From positions 104,346,001-104,410,000 of the forward strand of contig NC_088796.1 in NCBI RefSeq assembly GCF_011386835.1: a stretch of 64,000 bases of DNA, in the 5' to 3' direction. A program made the position numbers and the translations under genes. The DNA is from Chrysemys picta bellii (taxonomy: Eukaryota). Numbering within the stretch: position 1 is the first letter of the stretch; every line of letters starts with the position of its first letter. Positions 50,066-61,494 of this stretch are shown piece by piece. The notes below the pieces were generated by a model. The model ran no database searches and was not told where the DNA came from. It saw nothing but the letters and a program-made list of their open reading frames with translations.

Positions 50066-53000
50066 TGTTCAGTATAAGTGGCCCTGATTCTCTACTTCTC
50101 TGTCTAAGCTACACTCAGATGCATTGCAGAAGGGTGGCTGCCAGGAGCTGGTTGTTAAAGCAGAGTTATGAGCTGTGTTTAAAACTGTTTTCTAGGGAAG
50201 TTAAATGTAGTGCAATGGGCAGAACCTGAAGACCTTTTGCTGGCCCGTATTTCATTGACCATAATGGAAATTTTGAATGAATAACAAGTTCAGTGTTTAA
50301 CCTGTGAAAGGTATGCTTCTAGAAAAAAAGAGTGTGGAGGTATTAATTTTTTTCCTTCAAAGAATACACTTGGTTTATAATATATCTTTTATTTTGTAAC
50401 TTAGTAAGTGAATTTGGTGTTTGTTAGAAGACTGAATTTGTCATAAACGGAAATCCTCTAGAACAGAACTGGTACAGCATAAGTTACAAGTTGGAAAGAG
50501 TTCCCCACATTCCAGCACCAATGTGCCTAAACCATATTCTGAAGACGTTGTAGTGATAGGAAGATAGTTCATTCTCCATGCTCATTTAGGCCCCGATCCT
50601 GAAAAAACTCATGCACATGTGAGTAGTCACTTTGAAGTCAATGGCACTATGCACATAGCTCACCATATGCATGAGTGTTAGAGGATCAGGGACTTAATCT
50701 TTATGCTAAAAGTGTCAAGACTTTTTTGAAGGTCACTTTTAATTTATTATGAAAAAGCACGCATTTTTTTCATTGCAGATAGTTCTCTCCAGGAAATATA
50801 CTGCCATTCTCATACTGATGTGTAGGATAGAGGTGTGAGCAACATTGTCCAAAGATGCAGAACAAATACAGAGCATAGTCACATTATGATACCTACTATA
50901 GCTCCCAGATATTTAAAAACATGGCAAAATCGTGAAGTTCTTTCACAGGCCAAACTCCTATTAAGTCAAGGGAGTTTTGCCTGGGTAAGGACTTAGTAAA
51001 AATTGAACAAGGTCTTCAGGATATGGGCCCATATTTATAACATTTAGTCCAAAACATACACTGCTGTTTAAAGTACGGTACCTGAAAGTACGTAGCAACT
51101 AAAATTGTTTACACGTTTCAGAATCTGACTAATGTGAAGACCACTTTTATAAATGCTTTGATATGTCTGGCTCTCAAAACCATCATAAGGTACCAGATTT
51201 CCCCCTCCCACAGAAAAACCACAGGAAGGGACTACATAGGAGGAGAATGCTTCAAGGTTCATGGGAGAGCTTCCCCAGAATATTCTATTTTGGGGGGAAG
51301 GTTTGATAACCACTCACCACCTCAGAACAAGTAGTTGGGTTGGTCCCTTAAGTCTGTAGCTCCTCTGAGGTCTGCTAGAAACCAGGATCATCCACAAGGA
51401 GGCCCTGTACCTCTGGACCAGCTCAAGGGCCTTTCATCACCTCTAACTGTGTGGCACTCTAACTCCAGTAGAGCCATGCTGCCATTATTTTGGAAAAGTC
51501 TTATAGAATTTAATAGGTGTAGCACAGAATCTGGCTCTATGTAATCCTGGCAGCACATGATTAGCAAAAACATTTTCATTGCAAGGTTTTCTTTTCTTCC
51601 ATTGACTGTGCAGTTCCAAAAGGGCTGTTGCTTTTATTGGTAACTTATATTGAAAATTATTATTCAGTTTTATCCAGTATACACCCGAAGCTTCACTCAT
51701 TTCAGAGTATCAGAGCAAACATTTAGCTGAAATATTTCATAATGGTGATTACCAAATCAGACAGAAAACACAAAATCCCATGTGACCATAGACCACAGCT
51801 AATCTAGACTGAAACATTCCAATATTGAACACCTAATATAGTTATTTTACATATAATCAAACTACGTAATTTATGGTAAATGAATTACTAAACTGTAAGA
51901 AGCAAATTTATCTATAAACACATATATATTGGAAGAAAAACATTGATCAGCTATCACAGTAAGTGTTTATAGTGCTCAAAAACATCACTAAATAATATTG
52001 TTAGACAGACAACATTTATATCTAAATCCCTTATTTTCACTAGTTTAGAATCATTGGGGGAAAAATATAGCTATGGGAAAAATAAGCCTGGAAAGTCTGT
52101 GTGAAGTGACTTTAACCATATTAAACAATAAATAATTTAATTAAATAAATCCACATCAATGTTTAGTTATTTCTAAAATTGTAAGAAGGCAAAACAGGAA
52201 AATTCACCAATTTTTTTTACTCTTTGTTTATGTAAAATGTTTTTGAATTTTATAGTGAAACTATGGCTAGTAAAAGAATGAATTAATTGCTTTGTTTCTG
52301 AAAAATAAAAAAAGTGAAAAGAGATGAGATTTTGTCATTAAAGTGACTGCTGCTCTTTTTATATAGTAGTTTACCTTGCAAATGCCTACTCTGGTCATAT
52401 ACATTCACAGCATATCAGCTCTGATGGAGGCATGATATCTGTTCTTTGTTTATAAATCCTACTTCACAAATGCCTCTTCCTTCCTTGACAAAGAATGCAG
52501 ATGCAAAAGCAGATTACAATTTTTTTCCCTGCGACACATGGTTCTTAGGAGCAGCCACTGAGATATCTTGGTGAATCTGCCAATTGTACTAGAATGATGT
52601 TGCTCCTTCTGATTTGCCTGATCCTTATCATTCTGCATTCCATTATCCTTTAAGTAGAAAGCCAATCTGAATATCAAACATTTAAAACAGCCCCCTCTAC
52701 CATGTGGCACTAGCCAGTTAAGTAAGGGTCTGGCCCCCAGAGCTTGTTTTCCAGTTTCCTGGACCAATAGCTATTGGAGGAGACAAATTGGCCAAGGATT
52801 GCCTTTAGTTCTAGGCCCTCAAATCACAGTGTGATATTCAACCAGTCTGAGTTAGGGTCACAGTTTTATTTATTTATCTGGAGTTATAAAACAACAAAAG
52901 GCACCTATTTTATACTCTGACAGCTATTTAAAAATGACAGAAAGATCATTATAATCAATATGAAAAGAAAACATATAGCACTATAATATAATAACCAAAT

Positions 53001-53696
53001 AACCGCCTTTCCTTCTATATCAGTCTTCCAGCAGTATTCCCTTCCCTCTTCCAAAAACGGGCCTTGTGGCATACCTTAAAGGTCAGCAGATTAAGGTGAT
53101 GGGGTGTGTGGGAATGGGCGAGAGGCATTCAAAAGAAAACATCCTGCTAGCAGCCCTCTCTCTTTTATATCAACAGGTGTTCAGATCCAGCACCTACACA
53201 GATCTCAGCTGCAGCAGCATAGCATAGCATGTGTTTTGGTGGGAAGGAGAAGGTAGTCTCTCATATGCTCCATTTCGTAGTAAAATGGTTGGGGAGGGAA
53301 GGTTCAAGGTACTTGATGCTTAAGGGTAATTCAGCTTGCCAAAACTCCAGTGAAGTCTCCAGCCCTGAAGATGGAAAAGTGGCTCCTCTTCTTACCCTTG
53401 GTTAGAGTATGTCTAGATGACAAAAAGATGTTTTAAAACCTTGTTTACCTGGTTTAAAATGCCTCTTAGCACCTTGTGTATATACATTTTTAATGCTTTG
53501 AACATCATGGTAGCTGGCTTTGTTATAGCCTCTCCTACAAGTCCCTAACACGACTAGTGAGCACATGAATGTAAAGCTGTGACTACACTGAGGTCTCAAA
53601 TCATACTAACTAACACTAGCTATTCTAGGCATGGCCACATTGTTCTGTGCTCACCTGTTCTCTCACCCAGAAAATCCTTCAGTCCAATGACTGCAT

Positions 53697-53782
53697 AGAG
53701 AAACGCTACTGAAAGCTCATAAACTTGTCTCTTTCACCAAAAGACTTTGGTCCAATAAAAGATATCTCACACACCTTGTCTC
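53697..53782 (+). mobile_element. Penelope terminal-repeat remnant, 86 bp
   Basis: aagctcataaacttgtctctttcaccaaaagactttggtccaataaaagatatctcacacaccttgtctc resembles a turtle Penelope end; 14-bp direct repeat tccaatgactgcat at 53683-53696 and 53783-53796. Confidence 0.7.
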
Positions 53783-54589
53783 TCCAATGACTGCATGGAG
53801 TCCATTGTTCTCTATGCTAAGCACAGGCTAGTTCAGGTGGGTGTGTGCATTTAGCTGTCCTTTTGTCCTGCTGTTCTACAACACAAAGGAACTCATTAGA
53901 CAGGTTGAATTAATCATTTTCTCCAAGTCTCCATCTGGACAAAAGAGAGTATTTAATGCACACCATACCCTTAACACATGTCTGGTAGGTAGCTGTAGCC
54001 ATCCCTCCCATGCTCCTTTGGGCAAGACTCTCTCTGTTTAACTACCTAGGGAGAGTTTCATATCAATAATTCACTCCATGCATTTCATTCCCACCTTTGT
54101 CACAGTAACGACCATGGATGAGGTTTCCTTTTACAGCATAAAAATTGAAATAAACCAGTCAGCATTTTAAAAAAATTCCTAGCTAAAATTGGCAACATAC
54201 ACTTTTAAATATTTCCCTTTTAAAATTATGTTCAGTGCATTCTAATTCTCACTTTAATTCTCTAATTTAGTTTGACTTTTTTGTAAGTTTCTTTAAGAAT
54301 TAGTGGAAAAGTCTCTTGATCTGGTAAATGTTTTTGCTCATGATTGTAACTGGGGAATGTCTCTCTTTTCTGAGTGCTGAGCAGAGAAGAAGCCTAATTC
54401 TCCACTGCCTGACATCTTGTGCAAAGTGGGTATAAAATGCCACTGTTCTGATCTGGTTGTATTTTATAGCCACTTGTCACAGGTATAAGTGACTTCACAA
54501 TTTACAAGGCGGTGAGGAATCAGGCCTTAAACCACAATACATATCAATCTTGCTTAGGTACATTGATAAAAGTATATTAAATAATGAAA

Positions 54590-55043
54590 GATATAGAGAA
54601 GTTAAATGGGGAGCTTCTGTTTTCCGTGTCTCATAATACAAGAGCATGACACATAACAAGCACATTCAAGGTGAGAAATTCTAAAATGATAAAAGAAAAA
54701 ACTTTTCCAACCATGTCATTTGTATGAGGAATTAATTGCCACTGGAAATCAGTATGACCAATAACTTACCAAGATTCAAAATGGAATTGGACATGTATAT
54801 GAATAATAAGAGTACCCAGAGTTATAATAATCAATGTTAACACAAATTTTGGAAGGGAGATTAAATCTCATGCTTCAGGGTTTAAAACAATCTCTTGACT
54901 ATTAAATATTTGGATGAGACCTAGCGTGGGGAGCAGATTATCCTTATGCACTGTTCTCTGCAACATCTGGTGCTGGCCACTGTTGGAGACAGGATATTGG
55001 TCTAGGTGGACGATGGGTTTGATCCAGTCTGGCAATTCCTATT
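54590..55043 (+). mobile_element. Ancient CR1/L3-type 3' end
   Basis: Decayed ORF2 end and 3' UTR ending ggccactgttggagacaggatattggtctaggtggac..tgatccagtctggcaattcctat. Confidence 0.65.
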
Positions 55044-55069
55044 TAGGTACCTTTCATTAAAAAGAAGTT

Positions 55070-55415
55070 AATGACCAGACTTTGATTAAATTAATGATGG
55101 GTAAATTTAGATCAAGTTAAAGGAGGAAATATCAGTTCACACAGCATGTTAATTGGCATGTGGAACTCATTGCTGTAGGTGATTGAGGCAAATACTGTAG
55201 CTAGCATTTATTAAAAGCTAGATAACTTCATGACTAATAAAACCTTTATAGAGGTGCATGCTAAAATAAGGGTAATCAAATCATATACTGATCTAGGCAG
55301 ATCCCTACATGGATCAGGAAGGAATCTTTCTCCTTCCTCAGTTGACAAGGTGCACTATGAGGAGTTCAGTTTCCTTTGAAGCACCAGGCAATTGGCTGCT
55401 GAAGTAAGGGTCTGC
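55070..55415 (+). mobile_element. Second ancient CR1-type 3' fragment
   Basis: aaatttagatcaag..cacacagcatgttaattggcatgtggaactcattgc..tcaggaaggaatcttt..ctttgaagcacc pattern. Confidence 0.5.
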
Positions 55416-56838
55416 GCTAATACAGCATGTTGCTATGTCTTTATGAATAGGAGAATGCTAAGATTTTCCCTCTTGGACAGCAGAGAAAAGAAGTTACAGT
55501 CCAAGCAGAATTCCTCAACCTCACTTAACATATTGGACACTTTCTCTAACCATTGCCCATATGACTTCTTGCCCATACATTTTAAATGTTTCCTACAACA
55601 GATGAATATACTGTCTTGTCTAAGAATTATAACTTGTTTTTCCTACCTTTCTCTTCCTCCTCTTACTATGAGAGAAAATCCATTCCTTACTCTAATCTGT
55701 TTTGGCCAACCTATCAAGGAAAAAAAATCTTTGTCACCCTTACTACAGTTTATATATTATACACACTGCTCTATATACAGTGGAATCCTGTTACCATATA
55801 AGGGTCGATTTGGGCAACCCCCTATTTTAATTGTTATACTGTAGTTAAATGAATGATCACTTACAGCCAGCTATAAATAAAGTAGTGAGTTACCTAAAGC
55901 AGACGTGTGCATAAAAGCAAAATCCCCATTTTGTAAGGGCAGAGTGAGTTTAAATTAAATTTTAATACCAAGGTAGGTTGGCCAGATTATAATTGGCTCT
56001 GGCTGGCACTCTCATAACATTCTTTACCTGTAACCCAGAACATGCTCTGTGCTGCATGTTAGACTTAAATTAGCCTGCAGGAACCCCAGAATTATGTAGC
56101 ATCCCCTTTCCCTGGCCCTCTTCTCCTTACCCCTCTCCTTTCCTGTTCAGTTTTATCAATGCCGTGTTCTTTGCATGATTTATATATTTTGATATTATTC
56201 AATTATATTATTCATCTCCAAATTTTAAATTTTCAATGGGCAGCAGATTTTTGTATTAAAAAAGGTACTGAGCTCATCAACTTTTGACATCTATCAGCTG
56301 CCTTGCTGTATCCCACCCCTATACCTGCCACTAGTCATTTAGCAATGGCAAATTGGAACACTCTTTTCTTTGCAAAACAAAATGTTAAGGATTGTTTAGC
56401 AATGAAAAGAACTGTTTAAATGGAAGTTTAGACTTTAAAGCACAATTCTTGTCAGATATACATGAGGCCCTGTCTGTAGCCTACCTGCCCTCAGAAAGAT
56501 GGGCAAACATTTTATGTTTGAAAACACAGTAATTGCTTCTAATGTGAAAAGGGTAAACAAGAAACAAATAAATAATCGCAAGAAGGCTTTGGACCTTGGA
56601 GGAGAAAAATGTAAGGTACAGCCCCACTCCTTTCCCATCAGTCTTTACTTCTTTGCAACTGGGATTCTGGGACTTTGTGTCTCCATTTTGATTTACTTTA
56701 TTTTTTCTGTATTTGCTTTTCTTTGGTTTGACAGGTATGAAGAAGTAAAAAGACTAGTAGAAAAAAGGGCAAGGAGAGGGAGACCCCAAGTCGAGGATAC
56801 AATACTGGTGTCTTGTTTTGTGTGTACAGTGTTTAGCA

Positions 56839-57065
56839 CAGGGGTTCTCAAACTGGGGGTTGGGACCCCTCAGAGGGTTGTGAGGTTATTACATGGGCGG
56901 GGTCATGAGCTGTCAGCATCCACCCCAAACTCCGCTTTGCCTCCAGCATTTATAATGGTGTTAAATATATAAAAATGTGTTGTTAATTTATGGGGGGGGG
57001 GGGTTCCACACTCACAGGCTTTCTGTGTGAAAAGGGTTACCAGTACAAAAAATTGAGAACCCCTG
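56839..57065. mobile_element. hAT (Charlie-like) MITE, same family as 4958-5173
   Basis: TIRs caggggttctcaaact / aattgagaacccctg; collinear with 4958-5173; TSD not preserved. Confidence 0.85.
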
Positions 57066-57500
57066 GTAGCCCAATTGAGTCCTGATCCCACAATGGGGCC
57101 TGGAGGCACTGCTGACATACATAATGGCCAATACAGCCAGAAGTCCAATCATGATTATGGAACCCAGGCCATGTTTTTAATACACCTAGTGTGACAACGT
57201 GATGAAGCACAATCTACACATTCTTAAGTATACAGACTGGACTGGAGCTACATCATCCTACATCCCTCTGTGACTACTTCACTTGAGCTCTGTTTCTGCT
57301 CTACTGCAAGAGACGCTGTAGCACAAGCACCTTATTGTGCTGCATCAAGAGGGCATTGTGCCATTCCTCCCATCATTCCTGCACTCTTTGGCTATGCTGG
57401 GTTCACCTCACTGTACAGGATTCTTCCTATCAAGCGGATGTTTCCATGTCCTAGAGTCATTTACAAGCTGGGTGAAATAATTGAAAGCAACCAGGGTTCA

Positions 57501-57890
57501 TGTGATGGTGGTGGGTGGACACCAGGGATTGAATCAGGTCCAGAGCTAAAATCATGAGTCTCTGAAGCTTGAGTTAAAGAGTCAGGCACTCCAAGAGATT
57601 TAACAGACTCAGATCCTCTGCGGGCTGGGTACAGTGAGGAATCAGGTAACAAACACTGACAAGTGGGTTACATTCATGTTGAGGAAGGCCCACTAATAGG
57701 AGAAGATAAGTATGAATGTTGTCCTGAGCTGAGGGTTAAGAGGTGATCTGGGAAAAGGGGGTGAGTCACTGGAAACATAGAATGACTGAAGACCTAATAA
57801 ACTCACTCATGCCCAGTAGCCTTCGGAGAGGACAATTAGGCTTGGATGATTAAAATACAGCACTACATTATGATTTCACTGGAGGTGTCA
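57501..57890. mobile_element. Degenerate solo LTR-like element, about 390 bp
   Basis: tgtgatgg...ggaggtgtca termini; flanks ttca/ttcc; contains a reverse tRNA-like stretch. Confidence 0.4.
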
Positions 57891-60548
57891 TTCCTTAACC
57901 TGTCCAAACTGGAATATGAGAGCCAGTGGAGGAAAACAGCAAAGCCATTAGCCATCCTCTGGTAACCAGAGAGCCTTCCCATTATCTTCAGCAACAGTTT
58001 GGGCCCTTTTCCTTACTAGAAGTAGAGAGACCAGTGGTGGCCCTGCCTACAGTAGAGAGTTTAAAAGCTCAGAGTCAAGGCAGCTGGCTTCTAGATGCAA
58101 TGAAGTTGACAATTCTCACTTAATAATATATGATGAGATCAAGAAGCCAGTGGATTTTTTTTTTACTATAAAGTAAAATCCTGTAACTGAAGTGACACTC
58201 TCCAACGTGTCCTCTCAAAGGAATCTTAGTATGTCCTGGCTCCCTCTGTCTGTACTACCCCTGACATCCCAGCACAGCTGTGGCACTGTGAGAGATACTT
58301 GTCCCTAGCAGCCCCTGACCCAGGTAAGTTGTTTGAAGCAACTGTTCCTTCTCTCCACCCCTTTTTATCTCTTGAGTTGTTACTGTTCCCTTCACACTGC
58401 TCAGTCTCAATGGGGAAAGACAAGGGGGCCGAACTGGTCCCCACCATTAGTAAAAGACATTGATGGGGGAGCTGGGGACTAGCCTGTCCCCTTCCCAATT
58501 CCCAACTAGCTGTAGTGAGGGACTAGTCCTTTTTCCTCTTCTGTCTTCAGAATCCAGGTTGTCTCCCCACTGCTACTGCCATGAGAGTATCAGTAGGAGG
58601 TAGAGCTTTTTCCTACTTAGCTATTTATGGTCATAGACATAGAATGTAAATTGTGCCAAATAACTCTATCATACTCAAAACCTTGTCATTCAAGTATCTC
58701 GTAAGAATTTATTTATAAAGATACTAGATTTAGTAATCCTATAATTATTTTATTAAATATTTGAGCCCCTGGCTTTGGTCAATAAAGTCTTGTCCTGCTG
58801 TGATGATTTGGACAGCTGATTGGCCTCAGGTTTTAAGATGTGATAGCCATGCACTCTGTCACCACAATCAGGGTGACAGTATAGTCGGGTGTAGCTGAAT
58901 TTCCATGTCAGTTTAAAGATAATAGGAACAAATGCACTAGAAAACACTGTGTATAGTACAATCCATTACTGACAGGCATAGACTAGCTTCCCTGGTAGAG
59001 CTTTGCCATCTCTGCCTTCTATGTTATAAGTAAGTCTTAAGCAATTTCTACTATATTTACATTTTTATTCAGCATTGTTGCTGCAAAGTACTTTTTGTGC
59101 TGAAAACAGTTTTTTTCTTTTGCACAGACACAACTATTAATATACTGTCTGCACTATTCAGAAAATACTTAGAATGCAGGCTGAGGAGACAAGACGATGT
59201 GAAGTCAATGAACATTTAAAAACAACATGTACACCGCATGCTGCAATGAATTTACTTGGGTCATAGAACTGAAACAAATGGATGAAACAGCAACTAGTAA
59301 CAACACTAGCAGCCACAAGAGGTAATAAATATACAGCAGCTTGTTAGCCTACAGTGCGTATGGGGAGAGTGTATTCTTGTTGGACCAGCATGCTGTTGCA
59401 AGTTTGATTATTTAAGAAAACCTGAGGATAGGCACAGGATTTCTTCTCTCCCTTCCCCTCCTCTTTTCCTCTCTCCCCCCTCCACCACCCGCCCACTCCA
59501 AATTCAGATGCAGTGAGTTTCAGTTTTGACATTCAACTCCGAATATTTTGACAACACACAATTTTGTTTTCCCCTCCATCATCCTTTGGCCATAGATCAA
59601 TGGAGACATAGGATGCTTTTGTATCACAAATTCTCATTTATACGATACATTTTAATATTAGGAAATAAATTGATGTGTTTAACTATGATAGACAGTCCTG
59701 GAAGTTAAATAGACACTATCCAAGACACTACCTCAGTAGAATCATAATGTGCCATATTCAAGGGAACTCCAGAGAACATATTTTTCCATGTGGCCCGCAT
59801 GCTTTCTACTTGTAAAACACATATCGTGGGCAAAGCAAGCAGTAAATATTTATTAGTCTATGTGATTTGGTAAGAAATAATTCCATATATTATTATGGAA
59901 TTATTTAGCTCTCAAGGCAATAAGTTCCCTTGCCTCCCACATCTGCAATTGGAATGTAGCTCAGAGCAAAGCCTAGTGAAAGTAGAATTTGCATAGCCTG
60001 TTGCATAAGAACCATGGAGAATACAAGATTAAATGCCTTCCCGTCCCCAATAGCTCTAAACAGCAACACCCTAGATTGGCATGCTGAGCATAGAGGCCAA
60101 GCACATGCCACAACTGCAACTCCTAATTCAGTGCCAGACATTGATACATAGCACTCCATAAAGCAGCAGGTTCTAATCTGGATGCCTTATTTCACATTGT
60201 ATTTTATGCATGTCCTGATAGATAGTTTTACTTTCAATATTACTTTTTTTACACTGGCATAAAGCCTGTTTTTTGTTTGCTGCTTTGTATGTATTGTGCA
60301 TATCTGATAGTCTCCTTTGTCATAACGATTTTGTCTTAGATGCTTTTGTGTCTCCCCATAGGAACAGTAACCGAAGAAACAGCCACTGTATTAAATCAGT
60401 TAGAAATCTGACTCTGATCTGTAGAAGTAGAATTTGGAACATAACAAGTATGTGTCTGAGTACATTACGGATATTTCAGTGGCAGGGCTGGAGAATCATA
60501 GCACCACATGCATGAACGCTAACTGAACTTCATTCCTCCCCTTGTCCA

Positions 60549-60643
60549 GGTCCTGATTCAGGAAAGCACTTAAGCATGTGCTTAACTTTAAGCAAGTATT
60601 TAAGTGCTTTCCTGAATAGGAATGCTTTCTTGAATTAGGGTCC
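60549..60643. repeat. Short palindromic MITE-like element
   Basis: Perfect 18-bp arms attcaggaaagcacttaa (60556-60573) / ttaagtgctttcctgaat (60600-60617). Confidence 0.7.
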
Positions 60644-60999
60644 CAAAGACTAAAATTAGTAACTTTTTCTGAAGCCAGAAAGAAGCAAGTTCATATGAAA
60701 AATTTGTCATGTTGGTTCTCACACTGAAACTAAATACGAGGTTTTGTGTAAAATGATGGATCTCTTCAGTGAAGCTTTAGAGAGACAGGCTAAGGACGCT
60801 GCAGACAAGCCAAAGCTGCCATCTTTAATCACGAAGGTTCTGAAGAAAAATGATCACCCACCCAGCTTAGGTCTGAAATGAAAGCTACTGTGGCCCAGAT
60901 AATTAAAGAAGCATATGTCTCATTTTCCAAAGCGGGACAAGATTGAAGCTTTCCAAAACTGATGAAAAACAAACAAGACAGGATTGAATCATCACTCTT

Positions 61000-61460
61000 T
61001 GAGAGACAGTGTGGCCTAGAGAGGGACTCAGAAACTCGGATTTGCTACTGGACTGCTGGGTGACCGTTTAACTTCTCTGTCTCTCAGTTTCAGGGCCGCC
61101 CAGAGTGGGGGGGCAAGTTGGGCAATTTGCCCCAGGCCCTGGGCCCCGCAGGGCACCTGCGAGCCCTGGCTGAGAATCCCTTCCCTGGCTACTCACCTGG
61201 CGGCGGTCTGGATCTTCGGTGGCACTTCGGTGGCAGGGGGCCCTTCAGTTGCTCCGGGTCTTCGGCGGCATTTCGACGGTGGGTCCTTCAGTGCTGCCGA
61301 AGACATGGAGCGACTGAAGGGCCCCCCGCCGCCGCAGACTCAGAGCGCTGCCCGGTGAGTACAAGCGCCACTGCGGGTGGTGCCTTTTTTTATGTCCACT
61401 CCCCAGCTTTGCCCCAGGCCCCCTGAATCCTCTGGGTGCCCCTGCTCAGTTTTCCCATTG
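61000..61460 (+). mobile_element. MIR/CORE-SINE fragment split by a hAT MITE
   Basis: gagagacagtgtggcctag..ctgctgggtgacc..aacttctctgtctctcagttt[insert]tccc. Confidence 0.6.
61091..61444. mobile_element. hAT MITE, 354 bp, GC-rich
   Basis: TIRs cagggccgcccaga / tctgggtgcccctg; perfect 8-bp TSD ctcagttt (61083-61090, 61445-61452). Confidence 0.92.
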
Positions 61461-61494
61461 CACTGTACTCCAAAGGAGAAGGTTGGATCTGATC

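Noticed and set aside
55392-56972. AT-rich 150- and 157-aa plus-strand ORFs (55392-55844, 56499-56972)
   Set aside because: They have non-ATG starts and no motifs, and the second runs into a hAT MITE; consistent with chance ORFs.
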